Of a stretch of 64,000 bases of DNA, positions 27,076 through 39,200 are shown piece by piece. The translations under genes were made by a program, and so were the position numbers. Each line of letters begins with the position of its first letter. Within the stretch, counting starts at the first letter, position 1. The DNA comes from a virus (lineage: Duplodnaviria > Caudoviricetes): the IMG/VR virus record IMGVR_UViG_3300037067_004487, positions 697 through 64,696 of that record; one strand, given 5' to 3'. A model generated the notes under the pieces. The model made no database searches. It was not told the DNA's origin and was given only the letters and a program-made list of their open reading frames with translations.

Positions 27076-28980
27076 ATGATAAGTTGTGAACCGATCGCAA
27101 TCAGGGACTTTGGCAACGGGCCTGAGACGATATACCAGTGCACCGAGTTCCCCGACAATCTCGACACCTACAAGCCGCCGACCAACACCGGCGGCGGCGG
27201 ATCGAGCAGTGGCATTTCCTACGGGGGCCAGATTTACTACGACCCGCTCAACCCCTCCGGGTCGGTGCCCATCGCCACGCAGACAGCGCCCGAACCGCTG
27301 CCGCCGAACGTCATCCCGGCGTGGGATGCCGGGGCCTACAGTGCAGAAAAGCTGCAGGCCAACTGGCTCGGGACGGTGCTCTTCGACGTGCCCGACGTTC
27401 AAGGTGTGCGCCCGGGCGGCGTGGCCATCGGCCTGGTGCCCGTGGCCGACCTGCCGACCGTGGGGCGCAGCGGCTACGCGCAGATCAAGTACGGGCTGGT
27501 CTTCACGTCGGCGACGGTGAGGATCATCCTGGACGGCGCCGTGGTCAGGGAAATGACCTATGCGGAGGTGAACAGCGCGCGCGCCGTGGGGAGCACGACG
27601 GACACGGTGGCGCTGCTGGTCGGCGACGGGCAAATCACCTACGTGATCAACGGCACGCTGTACTTCTCCGGCGCCTTCTCCATGCCGTCCGAGTTCGCGC
27701 TGGACGCGACGCTCTACACGCCCTACGACGAGGTGGACAACCCGGAGTTTGCGGCCGGCGCGTGGACGGCGACGTTCGCGGGGGCCACGCTGACCGGGGA
27801 GCTTTCCGGCTTCACGATGGAGGCGGATGCGCGCAACACCGGAACCCTGAGCGCGTCGCTGCAGCCGGTAGCAGGCATGTTTTCCGAGGGGGCCTACGCC
27901 GATCTGCGCGCGTCCATGTCATCCTTCGAGATGACCAGCAGCTACGACAACTATCTGCAGGCGCAATTGCCCGAGTTCTCGATGCGCGCGTACTCCGGCC
28001 CGTATGCTGCGCTGGAGGCGAGCCTGTCGGCGCTGAACATGCAGGGCGGGGTGTCGGCGCCGGATGCCAGCGTGCCCTACAGCATGCTCGCGTCCTCCCT
28101 GTCGCGCTTCGAGATGCAGGCGACGTTTGCCGGAACCGCCACCCTCGACACGGCGATGAGCGGCTTTCAGATGCGGGCATCGTCCGAGACGAGCTACAGC
28201 GAGCTGAACAGCGCCATGAGCGGGCTGCGGATGACGGCCTACAGCGGGGGCATCACGCCCTTCGTGAACGTGCCCGAGTTCGTCGGGGTGTACTTTCCGA
28301 GCTTCCAGAGCTGGAACATCACCCTGGCGATCACGGAGACGGTCGGCGGTGGCTCGACGATCACGCTGCAGGCCATCACGCAGGCGGACACCACCGAGCA
28401 GATCACGGCGGAAGACCAGACGCAGATGATGCTCACCTTCCTGCAGAGCGCTGTCGAGCAGGTGGGGCTGCTGCAGAACGTGCGCCTGACGGTGCTGGGC
28501 GCGGCGGACGACGCGGAGCAGATCGTCGGAGGCGGCGCCTGGGCGGTGAACGCGCAAACCAGCGCCTCGACGCGCTACGACAACTACGACTTCAACAGCT
28601 TCGCAGCCGTAGGTGGCAAGCACTTCGCCTGCCGCCACGACGGCATTTATCTGCTGGGTGGCAACACCGACAACGGCCGGGTGATCCAGAGCGGGGTGAA
28701 CCTGGGGCAGCACACCTTCGGCACCGAAGCACTCAAGCACATCACCAACGTGTACGCGGGCGTCTCGGCGGGTGGCGCGGTGTTCCTGAAGGTGGGCGAC
28801 GGCGTGAGTGAGTACACCTACAAGGCGCGGCGCACCGATCCGCACATGAAGGAGCAGCGCATCGACGTGGGCCGGGGCCTGCGGGCGAATTACTACACCT
28901 TCGAGCTGACGAGCGACGCCGACCGGTTTGAGCTGGATTCGGTGTCGTTTCGCGTGGTGGCCTCCAACCGGAGAATCTGA
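27076..28980 (+). CDS. Tail protein
   Basis: 634 aa; C-terminal TRYDNYDFNSFA..RIDVGRGLRANYYTFEL. Confidence 0.65.
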   Translation: MISCEPIAIRDFGNGPETIYQCTEFPDNLDTYKPPTNTGGGGSSSGISYGGQIYYDPLNPSGSVPIATQTAPEPLPPNVIPAWDAGAYSAEKLQANWLGTVLFDVPDVQGVRPGGVAIGLVPVADLPTVGRSGYAQIKYGLVFTSATVRIILDGAVVREMTYAEVNSARAVGSTTDTVALLVGDGQITYVINGTLYFSGAFSMPSEFALDATLYTPYDEVDNPEFAAGAWTATFAGATLTGELSGFTMEADARNTGTLSASLQPVAGMFSEGAYADLRASMSSFEMTSSYDNYLQAQLPEFSMRAYSGPYAALEASLSALNMQGGVSAPDASVPYSMLASSLSRFEMQATFAGTATLDTAMSGFQMRASSETSYSELNSAMSGLRMTAYSGGITPFVNVPEFVGVYFPSFQSWNITLAITETVGGGSTITLQAITQADTTEQITAEDQTQMMLTFLQSAVEQVGLLQNVRLTVLGAADDAEQIVGGGAWAVNAQTSASTRYDNYDFNSFAAVGGKHFACRHDGIYLLGGNTDNGRVIQSGVNLGQHTFGTEALKHITNVYAGVSAGGAVFLKVGDGVSEYTYKARRTDPHMKEQRIDVGRGLRANYYTFELTSDADRFELDSVSFRVVASNRRI

Positions 28981-29972
28981 TGGCAAATGGACGAGCACTG
29001 CCTTCCGCGTTGATGTTCGACTGGCTGCTGGGCCGGGCCTGGGGCATGGCCAAGAACGCCTACGCGAACGCCAGCAGCCTGGGCATCGCCAGCCTGCCGA
29101 CGGTGGGCTGGGAGTCAGGCGTGGACACCGGTGGTGGGTCGGGCATCGAGCAGTTCATGACCCGCTACGCCGGGGACGAGCCCGCCGCGTTGGTGGTGGC
29201 GCACGACCGGGCGCTGGAGCGCGAGATGAAGGAGGTGGCCGACCGGTGGGCCGCCGAGTTCCAGGGCGCCATCACCAGCGCCATGCCGGTGGGGCCGGGC
29301 TTCATCCTGGCCATCGAGTGGCTGCGCAAGGTGGTCAACGGCGGCGACGGCCTAGGGTACGTGGGTGCGGGGCACCGGATGGCGCAGGGGCAGGGCTACA
29401 AACAGACGGCGCTGGCCCGTGTGGGCGCGCGCGGCCTGCCGACCCCGCCCGGCGCAGCGCTGGCGCTGACCGCGGTGGCCGGGCGGGAGAGTGATGTGCT
29501 GCTGGGTGTCGCGGCAGACAAGATCGCCGCCGACCGGCTGGCCGAGCAGCACAAGCTGCGGGTGGATGCGGCCGAGGCGCTGATCCGCGCGAGAAACGAT
29601 GCGCTCGATGCGCTCATGGACCACCTGTTCACGCAGATGCACCTGATGTTCGACGTGTTCGGGCGCAACAACGACTACCTGGTGAAGCTGCAGCGCCAGG
29701 AGAACGCCATTCGCTCGCGGCTGGACATTCGGCTGGCGGAACTGTCCGGGTGGGAAGAGCGCATCGCCACGACGGATGACTCGAAGGAGGCGGCGAACCG
29801 CAAGCTCAAGGCGCAGGTAGAGCGCTACAACACCCGCACCAGCATGTCGGCCGAGGCGCATATCCGAATGCTCAAGCGGTTTTCTTCGCGTGCGGCGTCG
29901 GCTCTGAACAGCGCTGGGGTGAGCGTGAGCGCCAGCGCCTCCGAATCGAACAACGTGGACTCAGGGGTGTAA
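28980..29972 (+). CDS. Internal virion/ejection protein (putative)
   Basis: Helical Ala-rich ORF, TGATG-coupled. Confidence 0.55.
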   Translation: MANGRALPSALMFDWLLGRAWGMAKNAYANASSLGIASLPTVGWESGVDTGGGSGIEQFMTRYAGDEPAALVVAHDRALEREMKEVADRWAAEFQGAITSAMPVGPGFILAIEWLRKVVNGGDGLGYVGAGHRMAQGQGYKQTALARVGARGLPTPPGAALALTAVAGRESDVLLGVAADKIAADRLAEQHKLRVDAAEALIRARNDALDALMDHLFTQMHLMFDVFGRNNDYLVKLQRQENAIRSRLDIRLAELSGWEERIATTDDSKEAANRKLKAQVERYNTRTSMSAEAHIRMLKRFSSRAASALNSAGVSVSASASESNNVDSGV

Positions 29973-29975
29973 ACC

Positions 29976-31019
29976 ATGGCGACCATGACTCTCATGCCCG
30001 GCCTGACCGCGGCCATCGTGTGGACGGCGATCGACAAGATCACGCAGATGATGGGCGACGCCGAAACGTCCCTGGCCGAGGCCGTTTCCCGCGAGATCAA
30101 CGCCGCGCAACACGCCATCCCGGTACGCCCGGACGTGATGGGCGTGAGCTACGCGGAGCAGTACGGCTCGGTCGGCGGCGCCTTGAAAGAGGCGAACATC
30201 GAGAAAAAAGACCCACCGATCGACACGCTGCCGCTGTTCCTCGACAACGTGGTGGGGTCGTTCTTCGAGGACTACGTGGGCAAGATGGATGCGCTCTTTC
30301 CCGGCCTGGGCGCGGCCGGGGACGATGCGGATGCGTTCGTGCGCAATGCGCTGAACTCGGCCATCGGCATGTCCTATGACGAGGTGGTGGACAGCACGCC
30401 GGCGAAGAGCGCGTTTGCGCTGGCATCCAGGCAGGCATTCGCACAGGAGCGCCAGGCGCTGGATGCCGCCGCCAAGGCGGGGCACCGGTTTGCCCATGGC
30501 GTGGTGCTGGAGAGTCTGGCCCGGATGCATGGCGCGAGCATCGAGAGCGCGACTCAGGCGCTGGCCCAGGCCCACGAGCAGCGCCTGATGCAGGAGCGCT
30601 CGGAGAAGATGCGGCTGGTTCAGGCGCAGCTCGCCACCAGCATGGACCGGATCAAGCGCCTGCATCAGCAGGTGGCCGAGGCGTTCAAACTCAAGCTGCA
30701 GGCCCGCGGGATGTGGGTGAACGACCAGAACGCCGTGGTGGACGCGGCCAACAACATTTACGCCACCAACGAGAAGTTCCAGACGCACATCACGGAGCTG
30801 CTCAGGAAGGTGGCATCGCGCCGCTTCGCTCTGGACTTCGACGAAAAGGCGATCAAGGATCGCGGCGAGTTCATGGGCAAGATCCTGATCGCCAACGCCA
30901 ACGAGGTGGTCGATCTGTTCGGCAACGCGATCACCACGCTGATGAACCAGGTGCACGCCAGCGGGCGGTATGGCGGCACGGAACGCGACGTGACGGATTG
31001 GGACAGCATCCTGGCGTGA
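29976..31019 (+). CDS. Internal virion/ejection protein (putative)
   Basis: Helical Ala-rich ORF in the late operon. Confidence 0.55.
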   Translation: MATMTLMPGLTAAIVWTAIDKITQMMGDAETSLAEAVSREINAAQHAIPVRPDVMGVSYAEQYGSVGGALKEANIEKKDPPIDTLPLFLDNVVGSFFEDYVGKMDALFPGLGAAGDDADAFVRNALNSAIGMSYDEVVDSTPAKSAFALASRQAFAQERQALDAAAKAGHRFAHGVVLESLARMHGASIESATQALAQAHEQRLMQERSEKMRLVQAQLATSMDRIKRLHQQVAEAFKLKLQARGMWVNDQNAVVDAANNIYATNEKFQTHITELLRKVASRRFALDFDEKAIKDRGEFMGKILIANANEVVDLFGNAITTLMNQVHASGRYGGTERDVTDWDSILA

Positions 31020-31027
31020 TCACCGCC

Positions 31028-31065
31028 ATAGGGTTTGCCCATTGACCGAGACGCCTGAAAAATGC
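31028..31065 (+). promoter_or_regulatory. Putative late promoter, copy 3
   Basis: ATAGGGTTTG-N20-AAAAATGC. Confidence 0.55.
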
Positions 31066-33185
31066 AAGCAATCACAGGAGCAAGAACCATGCGAGGTTTC
31101 CACCCGGCTGCCGTGGAGCAGCATTTCGTCGATGGCGGCGTCGTCAACTTTCTAAAACGGGCTACCGGCCTAGCGCCAAAACTGAGCTACCCAGAGACAG
31201 AGGCATATGACCGCCAGCGCGCGCAGCAACGTGCGCAGACGATCAAATCACTTCCAGGACAAAAGGATGCAGCAGCGGCGCCGCAGGAACCAAGTGGCAT
31301 TGGCGCCTTGCCTGCGGACTACCTGCGCAACCCCAAGAGTGTGCTCAGAAAGCGCGAGCAAGAAGCCGGGTTCAAGGATGGTGGCCGCGTGCGCCCGCAG
31401 GGGTTCGTGGCCAGCGACAAGCACCCGGACGGTATCGACACGGTTCCGGCGAGGCTGTCCAAGGGTGAATACGTGCTCCCGACGGACACGGTGGACGCGG
31501 TGGGCGTGGAGAACCTTGATGCGCTCAGGGCGGCGACGCACACCCAGGCGCGCGGGTTTTCTGGAAAGAAGGACGGCGAGTTCTTCTTTGCCGGTGGGGG
31601 CGGCGTGGACGACGAAGAGCGCAAGCGAGGCAACCCCGGCTTGACGACCGTGGATGATCCCGTGGCGAACGCGGCGCGCTTTGTGAAGGTGCCGCCGCCG
31701 ATTGGCACGCAGCCTGGTCGTCAGGATCAGGCGCAGCAGCCTCCAGCGCAGCCTGCGCCCGTCATGCCTCCAGCAGTTCAGCCTGCCGCGCCAGCGCCTG
31801 AAGTGCAGCGCCAGTCAGTGGCCGCGCCGGTTGCGAGCGGCCAGCCAGCAGCCACAGCGCCGCAGCCTCGGCCAAGAACCTTCACCGAGGACGTGATCAT
31901 GACGGCGGGCGACAACGCCAAGGCCGCATGGGATCGCGGTGGTGCATCCGGCGTGGGAGAGGCTTTCGGCCATGCGGTGCGGGGCGCGGCGACTGCCATA
32001 CCGGCGGCGTTTGTGGATGCTGCCGATGATGTCGTGAATGGCCCCATCGGGAATACCGTCGGAGGGTTCTGGCGCGGGATCACGGGCGGATCAGATCAGC
32101 CGACGCAACAACCAGCGGCGGCGTCGCCTCAAGCCTCGATCAATGGCGCCCAGCCCGACGCCAGCCCGGCGGCCAGCAGGCATTCACCGCCTCTGGTCAG
32201 CGCCGAGGAGCAGCAGCGTCGCATGAATGCCATCAGCGGGCAGGCTGCAGCCCCAGCCGCAGGAGGCGGGCAGGAGATCATGCCCGGCGTGTTCAACCAC
32301 GGGCGCGGCCAGTACAGCGATAACGCGGCTGGCATGGGTTTTGCTTCCGGGTTCACCGGGCAGCCGAATGCACAGAACATGGCGGCTGCGGATGCACTGG
32401 CGGCGCGCTCTCAGCAGGAGTCGCGCGGTCGTGTCGCGGCTGCTCAAGCGGCGCAGGCACAGCAACCGCAAGGCTTCCAAGCGCCAGTGGCGCAGCACAG
32501 CGGCAACAACTGGCAGCGGCGCAACGATCTGCGCAACCTGGAGGTGAGCGCAGGCTCGATCACGAACAACGGCAGCCGATGGGATAAGCACAAGGGCGAG
32601 TCTCCCGCATCGCAGGCGTACCGCGCGGCGCTGGTCGCCGATCTGCAAGCGCAGAACATGCAGCCCGGGATCGACGTGGCCACCATGAAGGAAAACGCCG
32701 GATTGCAGCGCACCGGGATGGAGCAGTCTGGGGCCAACCAGCGGGCGGCTGATGGGAATGCATTGGGCAGAGACAGGCTTGCGCTTGATACCCGGCGTTT
32801 CGGGCTGGACGCCCAGGCCAAGGGCTTCGATATGCGGCAGGCGCAGCGACATGAAAACCTGATGACGGCTTATGACAAGGCCACTCATGAGCAGCGCGCC
32901 GCCATGCGAGAGCAGTATCCGGACATCTTCAAGCGCGGCGGCGAAGCAAAGTTGCAGGTGCTTCGTGGCAGAGCTGATCCAGCGACTGGCCAGATTGATC
33001 CGGACATGGTTGTGTCTCTTGATCCGCGCACGCAGAGTGCTCGCACGATCCCAATTCAAGGGCAGGCGCCAAAACTCCAGCCTTTGCCTGAAAAGGACAA
33101 GCGCGTGGCCGGTCAGACTTATCTGAACAGCAACGGCGTGCCTGTTGTGGTGGCGCCTGACGGGAAGGTATTGGCCGTCCAGTGA
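31062..33185 (+). CDS. DNA ejection/transfer protein (putative)
   Basis: Gln/Pro/Ala-rich; DTVPARLSKGEYVLPTDTVDAVG motif seen in phage internal proteins; start could be 31090. Confidence 0.65.
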   Translation: MQAITGARTMRGFHPAAVEQHFVDGGVVNFLKRATGLAPKLSYPETEAYDRQRAQQRAQTIKSLPGQKDAAAAPQEPSGIGALPADYLRNPKSVLRKREQEAGFKDGGRVRPQGFVASDKHPDGIDTVPARLSKGEYVLPTDTVDAVGVENLDALRAATHTQARGFSGKKDGEFFFAGGGGVDDEERKRGNPGLTTVDDPVANAARFVKVPPPIGTQPGRQDQAQQPPAQPAPVMPPAVQPAAPAPEVQRQSVAAPVASGQPAATAPQPRPRTFTEDVIMTAGDNAKAAWDRGGASGVGEAFGHAVRGAATAIPAAFVDAADDVVNGPIGNTVGGFWRGITGGSDQPTQQPAAASPQASINGAQPDASPAASRHSPPLVSAEEQQRRMNAISGQAAAPAAGGGQEIMPGVFNHGRGQYSDNAAGMGFASGFTGQPNAQNMAAADALAARSQQESRGRVAAAQAAQAQQPQGFQAPVAQHSGNNWQRRNDLRNLEVSAGSITNNGSRWDKHKGESPASQAYRAALVADLQAQNMQPGIDVATMKENAGLQRTGMEQSGANQRAADGNALGRDRLALDTRRFGLDAQAKGFDMRQAQRHENLMTAYDKATHEQRAAMREQYPDIFKRGGEAKLQVLRGRADPATGQIDPDMVVSLDPRTQSARTIPIQGQAPKLQPLPEKDKRVAGQTYLNSNGVPVVVAPDGKVLAVQ

Positions 33186-33193
33186 CACCCGGC

Positions 33194-33231
33194 ATAGGGT
33201 TTGCCTGCTGATCTTCGGCAGGCGACATTGG
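33194..33231 (+). promoter_or_regulatory. Putative late promoter, copy 4
   Basis: ATAGGGTTTG-N20-GACATTGG; ATG at 33236. Confidence 0.65.
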
Positions 33232-33235
33232 GCGC

Positions 33236-36200
33236 ATGACGCCCGACGAATACCTGAATCAGGCCGACGAGTACATCGCGGCCAAGTCCACGAAAAATCC
33301 CAATGCGGGGAGCGCCGAGCCCAAGGTGTTCACCGAACGTGAGCTTGGTTTTCAGCCAAGGCGAACGTGGGGCGAGGCCATCAAGGATACCGGCGCGGCG
33401 CTGGCCGGAGGGGTTGCCGGTCTCGGCAAGACGGCGGGCGATCTGTATGGCCTTGCTTCCGGGGACATGGACAACGCGCTTTCGCGCTACTCGCAGAAGG
33501 GCCAAGAGTATTTTGACGAGGCGAAGTCCGGCGCCCTGAAGGAGAAGATCGCCGAGCGCAGCGCGAACATCGACGCGCAAGATTCCACGCTGGGCAAGGC
33601 ATGGACGGCGGTGAAGGACACCCTGACCGACCCGGCCCTTGCAATGGATACGGCGGCGAGCAACGCGGCCACGATGATCCCCAGCATGGGCGCCGGGCGC
33701 CTGGCGGGCGGTATCACGGCGGCGCGCGGCTTTGCAGCGGCGCAGGCTGCGGCAGGTGCTGGCAAAGCAATTACCAAGGAAGCTGCTGATCAGGTTGCCA
33801 TGCGCGCAGGGCGTGTCGCAACTGGCACTGCTATCGGCACTGGCGCCGTGCAACAGGGCGCCGACGTGTCTGGCGACATCTACGGCGATCTTCTCAAAAA
33901 CACCGATGCGCAATGGGCGCAGAGCCCCGAGTACGTAGCCGCGCTGCAAAGAAACGGCGGTGACGCACAGGCGGCCAAGCGCGAGCTGGCGCTTGGCGTG
34001 GCCCGGGCCTCGTTCCTGCCTGCGACGGCGATTTCCGTGGCGTCCAACGCCATTCCCGGTGCGACGCTGTTGGAGCGTGCACTTGTTGGTGCGCCTGCGG
34101 GGGCGGCTGCCAAGGCTGGGGCCAAGGAGGCTGGCAAGCTGGCAGGCATCCGGGCTTTTGCCAAGGGTGTTCTTGGCGAGGGCGCGCAGGAGTTTGTGGA
34201 GGAAGGCGGCGGCAGGCTGGCAGCGAACATCGCGGCGCAGCGGGTCGATCCGAGTCATGACACATTGGATCAGGTGGGCGAGAACGCTGGTCTTGGCTTT
34301 GCTGGTGGTGCACTGCTGGGTATCGGCGGCGGTGTGCGCGAGGGGCTGGCTGCGCGCAGGGGCTTCCAGCCTGGGGCCGATCAACAGCCTGGCATTGATG
34401 GTGCGCCACCAGCATCTGTTCCTCCGGCGGATGGCGGACAACCTTTGGCCCTGCCCGCGCCGGTGATCGACGTTGGTGGCGATGGTGTAGCGCGCACGGC
34501 GGACGACCGCAACGCGCGGACTCAGAGGATCAACAGCGGCGACATCACCGACGTAACGCCGATTCGTGAGACGCCGTTCGGCGCTGCCGAAGCTCCGGTG
34601 ATTGAGCCTGCTCCGGTGGTTCAGCCGCCCACCCCTTCCGAGCAGCTCGGCCTGCGCAGCGGCCCCGACGCCGGGACGATGGAGAACGCAGCGGCGCTGG
34701 CGGTGGACTCTGGTGCTTCGCCGATTGCTCAGACGGTGGACGCTGACGGCGTACTGCAAGACGCCACACAAGCGCGCGACTCGCGAGATTTGAGCGCCTG
34801 GACGGATGAGGAATTGAGCAGCACGTTTCGCAGCGATCAGGCCAAAGAGATTCGCCAGCAGCTTGCGCAGGAGATTGCGCGTCGCCGTGCCGTGCGCGAG
34901 CAGCAGGCGCTTCAAGACGAGCTGGATGCAGATCAGCAGGCGTTGAACGAGCCGCAATTGCCTGAGGGCGCCGATGCCGCGTTTGCCAGGACGTTCGAGG
35001 GCGAGGGCGACACGGTTTTTCAACCACGACAGGAGCAAGGCGATGGCACTCAAGCCCAAGAAACCCAGCAAGCGGGCGCGGGACAACCGCAAGCAGGAGC
35101 AGCGCAGACAAATGCAGGAGCAGGCGAGAACGCCAGCGCGGCTGGAAGAGGTGGCGTTCAAGAGGGTGGGGTAGGCAAGTATTCTGGCCCGGCCGATGTC
35201 TCCATTGTTGCCGGGCAGAAAGAGCTGGCCAATCGCGCCGCGACGATTTCCGCGCTGAAGGGCATGAATGGGCAGATACGCGCCATTTCGCCGGATGAGG
35301 CGTGGAACGACCGCGCAATCGAAGATGCCAATAATCTGGACGATCTGCGAGATGCGATCAGCAACACGTTGGTGCGCCTGACGCGCGGCGCTCAAACCAC
35401 ACAGGAGAATGCGCAAGCAGAGAGCTTGCGCAAGCGTCTTGATGCCGCCAGCGGCAGCGATCTGAGGCAGGTGTTTGACCGGCTCGGCCTTGCTGGCGCG
35501 AGGATGACCGCTGACGAGCGCGTGCGAGCGTTGATGGCGGAGGACTATGCCAGTGTCTCGCAGGCGTTGGATGCCGTAGATGGAAGTGCCCAACAACCTG
35601 CACTATCTTCCGTTTCAAACGCAGATGGTGACAACACCTCACCAACTGCGCCAGCCAGCGCCCCGACGCCCAAGCAGCAGAAGGCGCTGGATCGGATCGC
35701 CAGCGGTAAGGCGTTTTTCTTCTCGCAGCCCAAGGCCCAGGCGTTCATCGACGACAACGGCCTGAGCGGCACCCACGAGTTGGAGCAGCGCGGCAAGTCG
35801 TGGCATGTGGTCGAGTCTCAAAAATCAGCCGCGACCAAGACCTTCGCGCCAGAGACGGGCACGCTTGGTGTCCCGCGCTCGGAAATGCCGCAGGTGCCTT
35901 CGCGGTCCCATGGCGCGCTGGTCAACCATCTGAATGCCCAAGGCATCGCCCACGAGACGACGACCGTTGATGCTGGATCGCTCAAGCCGACGCAGGCCGA
36001 ATACTCTCCCGCCAAGGTGGAGGAAGCCAAGGCGGCGGATGGTGACCGCGCAGTGATTGTGTCCAGTGACGGGCACATCATCGACGGTCACCACCAGGCC
36101 ATGGCTGCCGCCGAGGAAGGCAAGCCGGTCAAGGCCATCGTGCTGGATGCGCCCGTTGATCAGGCGCTGGAGGCAGTGAAGAATTCACCTAGTGCGCAAC

Positions 36201-39200
36201 CATCGGAGGCTGCCAACACCGAGACCATGGACCTGCGCAAGCTGGCCCATGCGGTGGAGCAACCTGGCGACATCATGCTGGGCAACGACAAGTTTGTGAC
36301 GCTGGAGCAGGCCGTGGCAGCCGCCAAGGCTGAAATGACGCCAGCATCCTGGGGTATGCCGTTCCAATTCAATCGCGTGCTGGACATTGCGCCGCGTGAT
36401 TGGAACCGCATGGTGCAGGCCATGACGGGTAACGAATATCGTGACCCAACAAAGGGCGGCACCACAGATAGCGAACGCACAAAAGCCGAAGCGAAGCCTA
36501 CGAAGAAGCCGCGCGGCATCCTCGCCAAGAAGGCCGAGGCCGAGGAAGCTGCACGGGCGGAATACTTCACGCCGGGAAACATCGTCAAGAGCTACGGTGG
36601 TTTCGACCGCGTGATCGAGTACAACCCGAGCGCAGAGCGTGGCGGCTGGGAAGTTCAGGTTCAGGCGGTGCGCAAGGAGGGCGGCGCATGGGTGGATGTG
36701 CCCAACGAGCGCGCGCGCTGGCATTCCACACAGCCGGACGCCAAGGAGTTGAAGGCTGGGCCCGTGGGGAAGGTGGCGGTTGAGCAGGCGCCCGCCACTG
36801 CGCAGCCCGCGACGGCTGAGTCAGTGCAAGAGGCGGCAGCCAAGCTGCCTACTGACTTCATCACGGCGCCGGATGGCTCACTGGACTACGGCGAGATCAC
36901 GCCCGAGATGGGCAAGGCCATGCGCAGGCAGGCCGGGAAAATTCGGCTGCGACAGGGTAATGAAGCCTGGGGGCTGATCCATATTCAGAACCGCCACGGA
37001 ACGCAGTTCGCAAAGCTCGGTTTTGAATCTGCGATCGACTTCATCGCGCATGTTGCCGGTGCCTTCAACACCGTCTACAAAGGGAAGGGCGCGGGCTTGT
37101 CTCTGGTGCTTGAAACTGACCGCGTTGGCGGGCGGTTGATGGTGGAGCTCGAACCGTCGGAGGATGTGGATTTTTATGACGTGAAGACGGCATCCCCTGT
37201 TCGCGTTGACCAATACAAAAACGAGAAACCGCTGTGGAGGCGCGTCGGGACCAACGCGCTATCTGCCGAAGCAGACCCCCTTCTTCCCAGGGGCCAAAGC
37301 GGTAGCGACAGTATAGCCCAGAGCACCACGCAAGTGCAACCCGTCACCCCTGCCCAAGTACAGGCCGCCACCGAGCAGATCAAGAACCTGATCGGAGCGG
37401 CCATTGATGCCATGCCAGCGGGCGAGGTCAACCGCATCGCCAAGAAGTTTCTGCCGACGATGGGCGTCAAGCCCACGGTGAGCAAGGCCAAGAACAAGGA
37501 GGCGTTCGTTGACCCGAAGGTGAATCTGCTGGGCGCGGCTGCGGAGCTGGGCGTGGAAGTGCCTGCTGAGGTGCGGCGGGCGCTGGTGGCTGAGGCTGAA
37601 GGACGAGTGCAAGAGGCGCCAGAGCCGGTGTCACAACCCGAAGCGCGCAAGGCGGCGAAGGCGGGGGCGAAGGAATCGACGGCGATTTCTGATTTCGGAG
37701 AGAAGATCGGAGGCGCCAAGAAGGACATCTGGGCTTCCATGCAGGACAGCCTGAAGGCGGTGGCGGATGGTGACATCGCTAGTCAACCGCTGTCCAAGAT
37801 ATGGCCGCAGCCAGACTACCAGGCTTTGATCGACGGCGGCGCCGACCCGTGGGTGATGGCGTTCGCCCGAGCTGCACGCGACGAGGTGCCCGCCAAGCCG
37901 CGCAGTGGCTGGAAGGTCAAGCGCTGGGCAGAGCAGGTGCGAACCTTGCGTGGCCTGACCGTGGAATTGATGGACGGCACGCTGAGTGTGGACGAGGTTC
38001 GCAAGAAGATGCTGGGCCTGAACTCGCAGGGGATGCGCGATCTGAATGGTCGGGTTGACCTCTACATGCTGGTGGGGCATCGCCAGTCGCTGGACGGCGT
38101 GCGCATTTCATCGGGGCAGTATTCCCTCTACAAGGGGCAGGATTTCAACCCGCCCAAGACGTTCTGGACGGTGGAGAAGTCCACGAAGGCAACGGTCTTC
38201 GGCAACTGGCCGCGAGAGCTGGCCATAGGCAACACGCGCGAGGAAGCGCTGCAGGCGTTCAAGAAGGCTTACGACTCGCTGGACATCAACCCAGCTCCGT
38301 CCAAGGAGGTGTCGTTCGAGATTTACAGCAGGCGCGGTGATGATGGCAAGGCGTCCGGGTATTGGGTGGCCAAGAAGATCGGGCGCAACCCCATATTCCT
38401 GGCCGGGCCGTTTGCCACCGTCAAGGAAGCCCGCGCCTACCGCGACGAGCATCAGGCCGAGCTGGTGGAGAAGCTGGCCAAGGTCAAGGAAATTCCGCGC
38501 GAGCGCCGCGATACGAATGAGCCGCGCGTGGGCGAGGACATGCGCAACGGGCAGGACGTGACGCCGCAAATGTTTGGCGACACGTTTGGCTTCAGAGGGG
38601 TGGAGTTTGGAAATTGGGTCGAGCAGGGCCGCCGTCAGAAGGACTTGAACGATGCGTTCGATGCGCTGATGGATATGGCTGCAGTGCTGGGCTTGCCGCC
38701 CAAGGCTCTGTCCCTGAACGGCGAACTCGGGCTGGCATTTGGTGCGCGTGGTTCGGGTGGCGTGAACCCAGCATCGGCGCATTACGAGCGTGACAAGGTG
38801 GTGATCAACCTGACGAAGAAGTCAGGCGCGGGCAGCCTTGGGCACGAGTGGTGGCACGCGCTGGACAACTATTTCTCGCGGATGCGCGCGCAGCCTGTCT
38901 CCATGATGACGACGGCGCTGGATGTGTCGCTGGCGTCAAGGGGCTCGCCTTTCGAGCATCGCGGCGCCGTGCGCAAGGAGATGATCCAAGCCTACGGCGC
39001 GGTGGTCAAGGCCATCCGCCTGACCGCGCTGAAGGCGCGCTCGGCCAAGCTGGATGCCAAGCGTACGAAGGAATACTGGACGACGGGCCATGAGATGTCG
39101 GCACGGGCGTTCGAGTCCTACCTGATTTCCAAGCTGCAGGATCAGAACGCATCAAACGACTATCTGGCCAACGTGGTGTCGCCACAGACGTGGAAGGCAG